From Tubulanus polymorphus (lineage: Eukaryota; Animalia; Nemertea): DNA of 64,000 nucleotides. The stretch covers positions 14,516,655 to 14,580,654 of the forward strand of contig NC_134033.1 in assembly GCF_964204645.1 (NCBI RefSeq). Reading direction: 5' to 3'. A program made the translations under genes and the position numbers. The notes beneath the pieces are model-generated. The model made no database searches. It had not been told where the DNA came from and saw only the letters and a list, made by a program, of their open reading frames with translations. Positions 23,979 to 59,126 of the stretch are shown one piece after another; position 1 is the stretch's first letter; the number at the start of each line of letters is the position of its first letter.

Positions 23979-26674
23979 TTATGGTAGAATCATGGACATC
24001 CAGGCAGCGATTAGGAGCATTCCTCCGTACGGCGTCACACGCCTTACAGCCGTATTACCAGTTAACGCGTGATAATAACAACTACCACTGAATAACAGCA
24101 AACCGACAGTCATCAGCGTACCAGTCTGAAATATGAGAAATAAAATCATTAAACGTTGTTATATTAGTTGTCGAATAAACACTATAATCCGTGTAAACCG
24201 TAGATAAATGAAGAAATCCCACACTTCGAATTTGAAATTATACTATCAAATTTATTATTACGAAACCACAACGTTTCGGCTGTTGACTAACAGCCATCAT
24301 CAGGTGGAATGACCAGAAAAACAAGTTACAAAGCATATAAACTCACAGGATCTAAAATAAAAGCAGTGTGTCAAAACTAAAGATAAACAGACCAAGCAAT
24401 AAAACATCAATGAAATATGAGAAATAAAATCATTAAACGTTGTTATCTTTCTAATATCGTTTTTCATTTCTAAATGACACTCTGAAACAAAATGTTCGTT
24501 AACTACTGCAGGGTATGAATCTGAAGACCTGATCTTTAGACATGCACCAATATAGAGTAGTGTGGAGTTGTCAAAGTGCACTGATAAAACGTCTAATGTA
24601 TGATGTTTGTAGGTCACTTTTCAATCAAAAATGTCTCAGGTGAAGCACTGACACATTTGAAGTGTGGACATTCAGTTCTTTAAAGCATTCTGATAAATAT
24701 CCAATGTCTGGTGTTTGTCTCAGGTGAAGTACTGAACACATGTGAAGTAAAGACAATCAGTTTTTGAAAGTATGGTAATAAAATGTCTAATGTCTGGTGT
24801 TTGTGGTTTATTTACAATCAAAAATGTCTCAGGTAGGTGAATTTGTCTGAGGGGTGGATGATCTAGCCTAGGTTTTTGAACTGCTTACACTGTGGAGGGG
24901 TACCTATACCGAAGCTTAATAGGGGTTGAACTTTCAGGGCTCTGAGATGCAATCTGAGCTCATTCGGGCTATCAAATATATACTCTCTATCGTTTGCCAG
25001 GTGTAACTTCTTCCACAACTGTGAAAATCCCAGGAAGAACTAACTTGAAAAATAGAAGGGCACTTCTGCAAGTACCATATTCAAAAAGCGGTATTAGCAG
25101 TAGGATGGATCAGCCCCTGGGGCGCAGGCATCCTCCCTCTGCAGGGACTCGAACCTGATGGCATCGCTACACTCAGCCACGGCACGAACCCCTGCATCAG
25201 TAGACCGGGTGCGCGGGTACATGCGCAGCTTTCCGAACGAAAACTGGCGGCACCAATCAGATTGCTCGTTGTATAATCGTTGAGGCAAATTTCAAGGAAG
25301 AACTATAAATGGGAAAACCCGGGCTAAAATAAAACGGGATTTCTGATTGGCTAAAAATCACATCATCTGAACTGCGCATGTATCTGCGCACACGGTCGAT
25401 TATGGCAGGGTTTCGTGCCGTGGCAATCTCGATGCCATCAGGTTCGAATCCCTGCCGGGGGAGGATGGGACGCAGGTAGCAGATTGAAAGATGTTAAAAC
25501 AACTTACCAGATGTGGTCTACTGCACAAAGGTGTCGCTAACAGTGCGGCTGAATGAATTATATGATATTTGCTACCAGTGTCATACACCTGAAATATCAA
25601 TTCAAATACCCTGTTATCACATGCGAATGATATGCGTTAAAAAAAAAAAAACGTTCATTATCAACAAGACGAAAGATAAATACAAACCATTTTCAAGTCT
25701 GAAGCTTTATCATCCCGGAATCCTACAATGAAATTTAAAAAATAGATTATGTTAATGCGTCCATTGGATTACATACGCCAGTGTATACAGGATTAGTCAG
25801 TAACCTGTCGGTGGTTTAGTTTCACGATCGGATATTTTCACAAACCACAATAGTTGGTATAAGCTCATTCCTATTATAAAAAGCTTACCACCAATGATTA
25901 GGTAACTAACTAATACAGAATATAATTATCTACAACCAAAGCACATGTTAAGCCTTGGTTACTGTCATGGACTTCAAGCGAACACATCCGAAGTTTTGGG
26001 AAGTGAGGGTGGGCCATTGCGCCAGATTCTGCCTGGCTGACCCTGGTCAGTAACCTGTCTGTGGTTTAGTTTCACGATCGCATATTTTCACAAACCACAT
26101 ACCGTTGGTATAAGCCCATCCGATTATAAAAAGCTTACCACCAACGATTAGGTAACTAACTAGGCTGATCCCTTCTTCAATGGCGTTGGAACTGCAACGG
26201 CAAAAGCTCCGATGATAATCGTGATAATTTGACTGAATGACGTTTTTTCTTTAAATACCATGTTTTTTTTTAATGACTTTTAAGTATATTCGCCGTGGTA
26301 ATGTATTAGATCATGCCAAAAATCGTCAATTGGTCGCAGCCGGTAATCGAAAACTGCTTCCACAAATTCCAATTTCCACAATGGCATTTTTCAAAATTGC
26401 CATTTTTTCTACATGTTTCAAAAGTATGCATAATTAATATACCGTGGGCTCCGTATGCTCCCATAATGACGGCTGCTGCGCCTGATAGACCAGCCATCCG
26501 GACGAAAACTCGACTGTGAGCCATCGGAATGAGCTCCTTCAAAACGACCTGTGGCTGTTCGACCAATCCTCCCGATTCGAGCTTTGAACCACCGCGGAAG
26601 ACGTCCACAGTCCGCTGTCCGATACGATTTAACAAATCAGCGCCGTCTGTAACTAAGTCAAACCAGCCTGACAT
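23979..26674 (-). CDS. TMEM256: Transmembrane protein 256 (DUF423 family), spliced
   Basis: Exons (-): 26674-26443 (...RMAGLSGAAAVIMGAYGAHG), 25722-25688, 25588-25508 (VYDTGSKYHIIHSAALLATPLCSRPHL), 24125-23979 (TGTLMTVGLLLFSGSCYYHALTG...TPYGGMLLIAAWMSMILP*). Confidence 0.93.
24163..24410 (-). mobile_element. Hammerhead-carrying Penelope-like insertion with 36-bp target duplication
   Basis: TGAAATATGAGAAATAAAATCATTAAACGTTGTTAT at 24127-24162 and 24411-24446 flanks the insert. Confidence 0.75.
24266..24307 (-). ncRNA. Minimal type-I hammerhead ribozyme (Penelope-type)
   Basis: The minus strand reads CCAC-CTGATGA-T-GGCTGTT-AGTC-AACAGCC-GAAA-CG-TT-GTGG: intact core, perfect 7-bp stem II, 4-bp stem I and a palindromic minimal stem III. 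Confidence 0.85.
25121..25475. mobile_element. MITE with ~100-bp inverted arms; source of the 78-bp minisatellite
   Basis: 25121-25230 (CATCCTCCCTCTGCAGGGACTCGAACCTGATGGCATCG...CACGGCACGAACCCCTGC...CATGCGCAG) is the reverse complement of 25371-25473. A partial related copy lies at ~2272-2307. Confidence 0.75.
25796..26162 (+). repeat. ~115-bp dispersed repeat, two direct copies; inverted copy at ~13168-13277
   Basis: GTCAGTAACCTGTC..TGGTTTAGTTTCACGATCG..ATATTTTCACAAACCAC..AAAAGCTTACCACCAA.GATTAGGTAACTAA at 25796 and 26046. Confidence 0.8.
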
Positions 26675-27580
26675 ATCTCAAAACCGACAAGGAGTGTAAG
26701 GAGAGCGAATGCCAAGTGCGAATGCCAGCTGTCAAATGAAAAAAAAGCAAAATTGTTGTCAAAAGCTGTATCAAAATACAATCGTTAAACTGTTGCAACG
26801 GGTGTAATTATTTAATTGATGTTCCCAATAGATTATTTTTTTGAAACAGCAATCCCAGAATTTGTTTAGATAGTTTCAATGATAACTTATTTCATCGATT
26901 CTACGAATGATTTGAAGAATTGGAAGTTCATTTCGCCAAGATTTTAGGCATCTGTGGGAGGCTAGGAGAGGTCACCGGAGTCAACCCACTGAGAAATAGT
27001 ATTGCCGTGGTAGGCGAGGTTCCGGAGTTAGGATCCATCGAGAGAAGAAAGCTGAGGTAAGCGAAGTCCACGCGAAGACCGGAGTCAACCCGAAGTTGGG
27101 TGTCAACTGACCAGTACCACTTGTGGTAAGCGAGGCCCCGGAGAAGGACTGCGGTAAGCGAGGCCCGGAGTCAGCCGGGCTCTGTAGAGTAAACTTTGGC
27201 AAGTGAGGACCCGGAGTCCGTAGCGCGTCGGAAATCTTTCAGTACGCGTATGCTTGAGAACAGTACAGTAATCATTTCCTAACCAACATTGAACACAGAA
27301 AAGGCAAAATTTGACGAAAAATTTTCCGATTTAAGTCGATATTTCGCTGTTAATACGTCGAATAAACGAGTAGGTTTCGCTCGGAACAGTTCAAACAAGT
27401 TTCCAGGTCCTCTCGAACACCTCTGTAATCCGATACGAGCCGGGATATTCGCTGGAAACGGTCGACGAAAAAATCATGACATCATTCTCTTCTCTCCCTC
27501 GACGCTGAACCAGAAGCGACGAAAAAAAAATTGAGCCACGATAGAAACAAGGCTTTTCGAAATGCTGCTTGATTAAAACT
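26675..27580. promoter_or_regulatory. Probable bidirectional promoter of TMEM256 and TRIP12, including putative non-coding TRIP12 exon 1
   Basis: Divergent starts ~1.1 kb apart. CpG-rich, with a degenerate (GGTAAGCGAGGCCCGGAGTC)-like array at 26970-27220. An acceptor TTTGCAG at 27700 precedes the TRIP12 ATG exon. Confidence 0.55.
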
Positions 27581-27747
27581 GTAATATGATTATCAATGGG
27601 GTCGATAATGGAATAAAGATAAGCATTCGAGGCCTAGACTTAGAAATACAGGTTTTAACCTGTTCGGTTCTGATTTGTGGTTTTTGTTTCTAATTTGCAG
27701 CAGTATTGAATTAAGCTCTGGCATGTGCCAGCGCATGGTGGATGCCT

Positions 27748-50178
<22,431 letters not shown>

Positions 50179-50220
50179 GATTCATCTATGCGTCGATTTT
50201 ATCATCGTAAGATTATTATG

Positions 50221-50254
<34 letters not shown>

Positions 50255-52999
50255 TCGATATCACGAGAGATGCCGTCGAAATTTATCTTCGGGAATTTTG
50301 GACTGCGCAACAAGTGAGTCCCGAGAGTTCCGGACCAGGGTAGTTCGGTATATCCTCTGATTTTCGGACTGGGCTAGTGCCGATTTTCTCCTCCGAGTTT
50401 CGGACCAAGCTAGTGCCGTTAGTCCGCTGATTTCCGGACCATATCGTCAAAGGATCGAAAATTGAATCGTACTGTATTTTTCTTTCGCTAAGCGCCACCT
50501 GTTGACTTTTTTCGTAATCAGGTGGCAGCACCGTATACCGGTTGAATATCGGGACAGAAGTGAAGATTTTCTTCACTCTGTAGGGTTCGTATGGAGTGAC
50601 GGAAGTAGGTACGACCAGCTCGACCAACCACGTTATCACTGGGTGGTGTCGGTATCGTTCTGTACCGGAAAGAGTTAATAACCTACTTCACGGGACGAAA
50701 AACATAATCATTATTATTATTATAGATATTATAATTATTATTACGCGAGTTAAAGCTGAAATTGAAAGAAGTAAAAGCAGTGTTTGAGAATTTATGCGCG
50801 TGTGCATCTTATACTTGTAATCACCGATAAAAAGCTGACTGCTTGTGTCAGAATTCTGCTTGATAGGTGTCAATCTACAATCTGCAACCTGCACCCCTTC
50901 AGGCATTCACTGCGTTGTGAAAATGTGCTGATTAAATGTCTAATATCTGGTGTTTGTAGTTCATTTTCAAATAAAGATATCTCTGGTGAAGTCCTGAACA
51001 CATGCCAAGTGTGGAAGATCACTTTTCGAGAAAGTGTGCCGATAAACCTAATGTCTAATGTCCGGTGTTCGTTAATTTATTTTCAATCAGAATAAAGTTC
51101 TGTTTCAATGAATAGCGATCTCGAGAAGGGCGCAGGTTCTAGATTGATCGTTGCTTTGATGTAAGAATCGCGGATAAACGTAGATTCGAAAACCTTCCTC
51201 TTCGATGTTTTCCCCGTGAAACAACTGCTGGGAATATCGCGTGTATCCTCTTAATCCACGCGCGCAAAAAACGAATCGACAGAAATTGATTTCCCGGAGC
51301 TTCGACGCCCGCAGGAAGGGGTGGTTTCGTTTTTTTTTAAAGCCCTGAAGGAAGGGCGTTTACCCTGTAATGAATGTCATTATTTTACTTAAGTTTCAAC
51401 GAATGTTGTTTATATTCGAGGGTAGATCAACCATTTATTAGGTTTTTTGTTGTCGCCATCTTTTTTTTTTCCTTTCCATTTCTCTTCACTGTATTTGTAA
51501 ATAATTTCATCGATTAACTGATTCACACATATGTTATACAATGAAGACTGATTCACGCGTGTTACGATGAAGAATCTACAAAAGAAACAAACATTTGTAA
51601 TCAATATATGTACGTTTTGTAACGCGTAAAAACTAAAAAATCAAACTGCACTATTTAAAGGTTACGCTCGAGTCTATTTTGACGCGAGTTTATTGTTGAA
51701 ATGAGTTGATCCTGGGTTCATGAATCGGCTCGGATTGGAGTTTCATTGAGGCCTCGGCCGGCGAATTTTATAGTCCGGTTTTTGCTGCAATCCTGGGGGT
51801 CTGTTCTTCAAAAAGTTGATTCGAGTTTACCCTTACCTACACAACTGCTCTATGACTAAGGTATCCGATGGTTTACTTATAACCAATTTTTCAGCAACTG
51901 ACCCCTAGGGCTGGTTCCGTAGTCATGACTTCTAGACCATCTCAGTTCTATAGCCGATCTAACAACGTAAGACCAGTCTTTAGATTTAAGACCAATTTTG
52001 GACTTAAGTCTCGACTATGGAGCCAGCTCCTGGCGTTTTTCAAAATGCTATTGGTCTTTGAGACTCGGGGGCCAGTTTCACAGTCTTGGCTCGAGTCCAA
52101 AAGTGGTCCGAAATCTTCATAACTGGGCTTAATACATTGTTATATTAGCTAAATCTCAGTAAAGGCGTGACTGCGCGACCGGGCGTTGGGTCTTCATCCG
52201 TTAGATCGGCTGGAGAATTAAAATTATCTCGCTAGGTTTCGTGGAACCTATAATTCACAATGATTAATCGTTTACGATGTATGTACCTGTGTAAAAATCT
52301 AAACTAAATACTTGTTTTGTAAACTACCTATATGAATAACGAGAACGTTGTGCGCGTGTGCGTGCGTGTGCGTATATATATATATATATATATCTATGTA
52401 TGTGAGCGTTACAGTAAAAAAAAAAACACGGCACAATCGTTCGTTTTGTGTGTGTGTGAGTCGAAAATAAATATCGAAATAATAATAAACGAAGCGAAGA
52501 ATTGAGGCAATAATAGATTGCTCAAAATACTCAAGAAGCATTCGTACAGAAACGCTCGACCGGTATCTACATATACATATACGCTGTAACTATCGTAGGG
52601 TCGGGTGGAAAATCGGCAAAATTTGCGTTTACGGACTTTTTTGAACGGTCTTAATTGTGGTATTCACGTTGCGTTCGTTATACGGCCATATGATGGTACA
52701 TTTTCTCGTACGAATCATTTCAGTTGGTTTTACCTAATTCGTTCTATTGATATTTTCGTATAAATGTCCATTCGTTTTTGGTAAGACGATATTTTGTGGA
52801 ACTTCGAGACGTTTTTTTTTTTGAATCGATAAGAAATTGGTCTAGAAATAGTCTATATACTTGTGGATTGAATTGTTCATTAAGATGTCAGATTTCGCGG
52901 TCACGTGTCAACGGAAATCTACGGATTCCGATATTGTCACGAGATCTAAGATCAGCTAAGATCAGCTAAGATCAGCTTAGGTAGGTTTTGATCATACGT

Positions 53000-53385
53000 A
53001 TTCTGGTTTAGGAATAGCGATTCCGGATAATAAACTCTCTACCGGCCGCTTCTATCAGGTCTACCGGTATATTCGCTATTCCGGAATAGGTAGAGCGTAT
53101 TCTGGTCGAAATGAACGCGCCAGAAGAGAATTCTGGCATCGGTAGAAACCAATCAAAATCTACCAAACTCTCTACCGGCAACTTCTATCAGGTTTACAGA
53201 TTACAAACTCTCTACCGATCGCTTCTATCAGGTTTACAGATTACAAACTCTCTACCGGCCACTTCTATCAGGTTTACAGATTACAAACTCTCTACCGGCA
53301 ACTTCTGGTTTACAGATTACGCTATTTCGGAATAGTCAAAGCGTATTCTGGTTGAAACGAATGCACCAGAAGAGATTCTTGAGAT
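53000..53385 (+). repeat. Dispersed element with internal ~40-bp tandem repeat
   Basis: AAACTCTCTACCGGC..CTTCTATCAGGTTTACAGATTAC is repeated. Flanking TTCTGGTCGAAATGAACGCGCCAGAAGAGAATTC matches 457-490 in reverse. Confidence 0.7.
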
Positions 53386-54914
53386 CGGTATAGAGATTGG
53401 TCTTAAGTCATAAGATTGGTTATGGAACCGAAATTGGCTTTAACTCGGTCTTGAATCTGCGTACGTGACTGGCATCTGACCTCCTAGGCCTAGTTGGTCT
53501 TACCGGTAAATCTGGAGACTAGGTCTGTGCAACTGACACCCTGGATCCAGTCCCACAGTTGTGAGTTAGATTTAACTGTCGAGTTAAAACATTGAAAATG
53601 AACTAACTTTAACTCAAGAGTTAACTCACAACTGTCGAACCGGGTCCTGATTATCGAGGTGATTTTAGGTTAACTTATTGTCTTTCGATCCATGACGCAA
53701 AAACAACTGATATTATCGACGTCATTTAATTTGTTCTCTTCTGATTGTTTTTCGTTTGGAAGTTATTTCCGTTATGCAACATTTCAGTCACACATCTAAC
53801 AATGATGGTTTATATACGTACTATTTATGCATACTACGTACGTACTACTAGATTGTGTAAATTAATTCAAACAAAGCCCTTAATTATATAAATAAATTAC
53901 TGTCTTCGATAACAAAATTGTTTGTTGTTTTCTGGTCTCAAAAGGTTTGCCGTTCAGTTTATCAGGGCGTTTCCTGGATTTTCAAAATCATATGGTGAAA
54001 TTAGGGGGACTTGTGACACTAGTACAAACCCATCAAATTTTTTTGAGTGCCCTTATCTATTTTGGCAACATAGATAATTGGTGTATTTCAGTGCAGAAGT
54101 GCCCCTGGTATTGCCTTGCGGACATCAAAGTGCCCTTTAGGGATGTGACTAGCTCTTCAAATCATAGGATCTGCCCCTGGTAATGGTCAATCTTCTTCTC
54201 CCCCTTAGATGCGTACATACTGTTCATTAAAGGGCACCTTATGGAAATAGCTTCTGATGCAGAATTAGTATTCATCCTCTCTCTGTGACGTGAGACCAAG
54301 TCAACCGGACCTATCCTCTATCCAGCTCGTGGGATCAGCTCTCGATGGATCGGTGGTCATGTGCGGAACATGTTCTCTTTTGGGTTGCGTCGAAACCTAG
54401 GTGCCCCAAACCCATGGATAGGATTTAGAATACTAATAATTTGGGTTTGTCCATCTCCTCATAACTCTAATCCTTTCAAGTCAAATTATAAAACACAAAT
54501 CTGAGGACCATTGCAACAGACTGTGATATAAATTGAATGCCTTACTCCAACAAAAACCACTTGTTGCTATTGATTAAGAGTCTACTGCAGTGAAACCTCA
54601 TTAATATGAACTTCAGAGGACCAGAAAATATGATCGTTATAACCAGTATAAAATCATTAGAATTGTTCTATTTGTGATAGAAATCGAAGTTCGTAATAAC
54701 CGATAAAACGTTATATCGGAGGTCGTCGTAACGAGGTTTCATTGTAAGCATCTAGGGTCAAAATCATAGAAATCCGATGATAAAATACAAACATGTGCGG
54801 GGTACGGAATGTCATTGTGAAGAGCCGCGTGGCCACGTTCACGCCAGAATAAATCAAAACCTAATTAACAACTACAAAACAGTTTAAAATATAAAATTCT
54901 AATGATATGATTTA

Positions 54915-57900
54915 TTATTGATTTGGCGGTCGATGTAGTTTGCTAATTTTTTTCAACGTTTCTAAAATTTCGTCTTTTATATTGAGACGTCCGTTCACCG
55001 AGTCTACGGTCGGTTTAGCGCATTCGTCGAGCATGTTCGTCAGTTTGTATTTTTGTTCGATTTCGTCGGGAAGATCGTGCAGGAAACCTTTCGGATGAAT
55101 TCCGTCCGACGCGTAACTCGACAGTAAATCGCGGCACACCGCGTAGTAATTAAAGTCCGTTCTGACGTGCGAACACAGCGCCGACGTGTCGAACGATAGG
55201 CAGTCGCCGTATTTTGAGCACTGGTCGAAATTACTGATTAACGGCTCGTCCCAACCTTGAGGCTTCTCTGAAATATTAATGACGTTAAAACGGTTATGAT
55301 TTCGTATAGGAATTCCGCAAGCTGATATTAACCAACAATTTATCACACTTTTTTGATCATCCACACTTCACATGAGTTTAGAACTTCAGCTGAGATACTT
55401 TTAATTGAAAATGAACTACAAACACACCAGACATTAGACATTTTATCAGCACACTTTCAATAACCGATCATCCACACTTCACATGCGTTCAGAACTTCAC
55501 CTGGGACATTCTTAATTGTAAATGAACTACAAACACCAGACAGACATTTTATCAGCTCACTTTCAAAAACGAATCATCCACACTTGACACGTGTTCAGGA
55601 CATTTTTAATTGAAAATGAACTACAAGCACCACACATTAGACGTTTAAAAGGCGCACACTCAAAAGTCGATTGTTCAGGCTTAACATTAACAAGGAGTTT
55701 TATCTGATATTCTATGTACCGGTAGAACTGAATCTGTTGATTTCCCAACGTCGTATTTAAACAGCTGGTTCGTTCTCTGTTCAAATACGCAAACACTATT
55801 TACACTAGAATATTTACAAGAATAACAGCATAAAACCTGATACACCGCAGTTAAAAACCCTTAATGTACATACAAGTAGAAATACTCCCTTAGCGTGTAA
55901 TACCTACTAGGTGAAGAAACTATAACCTACTACCTACTACATTGTCCCTACAAATCAGTCATTCCTATATATAAGGAGTTCGAAAGTGGAAAATTTCTAG
56001 GAAGCAACAGCATCATTTTCATATCCCAATTACAGTAGATTAAATCGCTACTGTTTATCTCGGTAAACCGTTAATTCGGTGGTTGTGTAAGCAATACCTA
56101 TCCTTTCCGATTTGGTAATTGCCTAATTGGGCAACAAATCCTGGTCCTAACTGTCCCAATTTCGGTGAAGTCAATTTACTGTACAACTACCCGGTACTAC
56201 ATAATTTCATTTTAAATTTCTAATTGCTTATTTCTCAAAATTAAAGGAGTTTCTGGCATTTTGCTCGAATTAACAGGAACTTCAAGCACCTGCCGTTTCG
56301 AGCGTTATCCGTCTAGAAGGAGTTTTTTAAGGAATCGACGAGTTGTAGGGACCCTGTACTAGGTGTAATGTCTATTTCAACCTGACTTGAGAGCATACAG
56401 GGGGCCTAGCTCAGTCAGTTGTGGTGGTACATACCTGATTAAAGTCTTATTAGGACCAGAATGCATTGGCAGTCGACCTAAATCATCATTATTTAATCCA
56501 TTTGAAACTGTATTGAAGGATATCCAAAAAATCTGCATTGAGAGGGGTTCCTGAGAGAAAAGAGACTCCATGATTTGAAAGTTTAACAATATGTCTCCAT
56601 GCCTACCAACTGAAATTTGATATGTAGGCATGGAAACATATTGTTAAACTTTCAAATCATGGAGTCACTTCTCTTCATTTAACCCCTTTCAGTGAAGACT
56701 TTTTGGATATCCTTCAATACAGTTTCAAATGGATTAAAAAATGATGATTTAGGTCGACTGCCTGTCCTTTCTGGTCCTATTAAGAATTTTATCAGGTATG
56801 TACTACCAAAAATGAGCGAGCTAGGCCACCCGGAATGCTCTCAAGTCAGGTTGAAATAGACATTATCCGTCTAGATCGTACGGTGACTTACCGCGTTTGA
56901 TATCTCGTAAGTCGACTACGATGATATTCTCGGCGTCGATGATGCTCACCGTGCCGTCAACGGCGACCGCGTAGTTATCGTAATTCACATCGGTGAAATA
57001 TAAACCCCAACCCTGATTATTGTTCGTGAACAAATCGGCGATTCGAAATATCTGATACGCCAAATCAACCTGAGAAATGAAAAACAAAAAAGTCGTCACG
57101 GCGGATGGCTCCGTTTCGATTCGCGGAGCAGTGGCTATTTACATACAAATATATATCATGCCATTTCTTCAACGGACAGATAGAATTTTTATAAGATAGC
57201 AAATTTTAAAATCAAGAATCTATTCAATTGAAAATTGAAAATGACAATACGTTTCGGAATCTTACTAGAGATCAACACTTTTTTCGATTTTTGATTGAAT
57301 AAACTCTTAATTTCAAAACTTTTAAATCTATACATATTGGGTTTTATCTTATTATCTGTTCTCCACGTTTGATTGTGATGGCTTTTCTGCCAAAATTGTT
57401 AAACCTGTCGTTCGCTGAATGTGATTATAGTTTGATTACAGTAAAATTCAATTCATATATCACAGAACGATGACCACACTCAAACGTGGTGAACGGATAA
57501 TAAGATAAAAACCCATTATCTACAGATTAAAAGAATTTACAAAACAAGAATTTATTTATTCAATCTATAATATATAGAATACACGACGTTTCGATCTCAC
57601 CCTCACACCTGACGATGATCTCTAGGGTGAGGTTGAAACGTCGTTTATTCTATATATTTTAGATTGAATAAATAAATTCTTGTTTTTAAATTCTTTTAAT
57701 TTGTAGATAGTGGGTTTTTATCTCAAAAAACAATATCTAGCCGAACTATTCTCGTCAGATCGAATGTTTTGGACCATTTTCTATACTTGCAACGATAACA
57801 AATTTGTTTCGTAAATGAGCATGACCGTTAGTGATGTGACGTACATACCCGTTTTTGCCAGGGGGCGTTGTAGTATTTGTTTAAAGATTCGCCGGCGTTC

Positions 57901-59126
57901 TCCGTGACGGTCCAGCGACCACAGGCTCCGATATAACGAGGAAATGGCCATCCCTCTTCTTGCGGAAATACCTAACAATAAGATCGAGACAAAACAAATC
58001 ACGTCAGATGGATAAACGCCACAATATGCAGTCAGGAGCCACACCCCTGCAGACAGACAAGTGTGGACGATCAGTTTTTGAAAGTGCGCTGATAAAATGT
58101 CTAAAATCTGGTGTTTGTAGTTCATTTTCAATCAAAGATGGCTCCAGTAAAGTTCTGAACACATGTGAAGTGTGGACGATCAGTTTTTGAAAGTGAGCTG
58201 ATTAAATGTCAAATGTCTGGTGTTTGTAGATCATTTTCAATTAAAAATGTCTGAACTGAAAGCACTGAACACATGTGAATGAAGTGTGGAGCACCAAAAA
58301 AGTGTGAAGAATGGTAATAATTTTTCTTGCGTGTCTCTAGAGGTGCAGGGTAGAGACTGCATAAGTCTAGCTGATTAGAGAAGTCTTGCTCGAGCACGTC
58401 AGGTGTAGCTGGACGCACCAGCACAGTCCCCTCGCGCGCAGCTGCTACGTTACGTACCTGCAGCAGAATCGGTTCCGGATTCACTAACAACGTCGTATAG
58501 ATGATCAACCGCTCCGACCGGAGTAGAACGTCGCCTTGTTTCTCCGGAAACGAATCGACGATTCTCTTCATCAGCCGCTCCGACGGGCAGCTCACTAAAT
58601 CGGACAAACCCTTCGTATTCTCGGGCGTCAAAATCGGATCGCTGTCGCGGAAAATCCGCCCGAACAAAACCCTGCCCGGATTACACGAGTTCATCTGCGC
58701 CATTTTGCAGATTTTTTCGTCGGCTGCTTTTAGTTCGGTGTTGTGTCCGAGTTTCTTCAACACGACGTCAACGGCTTGGCGCTCCCGCGTCATACGCGCG
58801 TAATGCACGTTCTTAATGTTAAACCGGTGCAGCGTGCGGTAACGCGACACGCCCGTGAATTCAAAATGGCCGCTCTGAAACAGCGAACACAAGCCCCGAC
58901 CGTAACAAGCCGGACACGAGCGCAGCTCGAGGAAGTTCGCGTCTTTTAACGGGTTACTGCGAGACGCGCCGCGACTCGACAGGTAGTAGACGCAGACGCA
59001 GACGACGACGGCGATCGCGACGACCGAACCGGATACCTGACGACAGCACCGATAACGGATACTCCTTAACGATAACATAATCAACAACGCGGCGACCCTG
59101 AAATATACAACACGATCTAACATCAT
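54915..59126 (-). CDS. DIPK2A: Divergent protein kinase domain 2A (DIA1/C3orf58/HASF) homolog, spliced
   Basis: Exons (-): 59126-58458 (N-terminal hydrophobic segment, FLELRSCPACYGRGLC, NIKNVHYA, VVLKKLGH, LVNPEPILLQ), 57971-57849 (VFPQEEGWPFPRYIGACGR), 57069-56892 (DLAYQI...LYFTDVNYDNYAV...IIDAENIIVVD), 55267-54915 (CLSF..LCS...DFNYYAVCRDLLS...GFLHDLP...LDECA). Confidence 0.92.
56367..56865. mobile_element. ~500-bp foldback MITE (near-perfect palindrome); related copy at ~35470-35800
   Basis: TAATGTCTATTTCAACCTGACTTGAGAGCA... pairs with ...TGCTCTCAAGTCAGGTTGAAATAGACATTA, with the centre near 56607-56623. Confidence 0.85.
57463..57722. mobile_element. Penelope-like inverted pLTR with hammerhead motif
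   Basis: The plus strand at 57605-57646 reads ACAC-CTGACGA-T-GATCTC-TAGGGT-GAGGTT-GAAA-CG-TC-GT. The upstream inverted arm retains GAGATCGAAACGTCGTGT. A decayed third copy lies at ~57180-57400. Confidence 0.75.

Noticed and set aside
26520-26674. N-terminal extension of TMEM256 as a novel domain
   Set aside because: A downstream in-frame ATG (MAHSRVF) exists and, from memory, such extensions are not unusual in invertebrate homologs.
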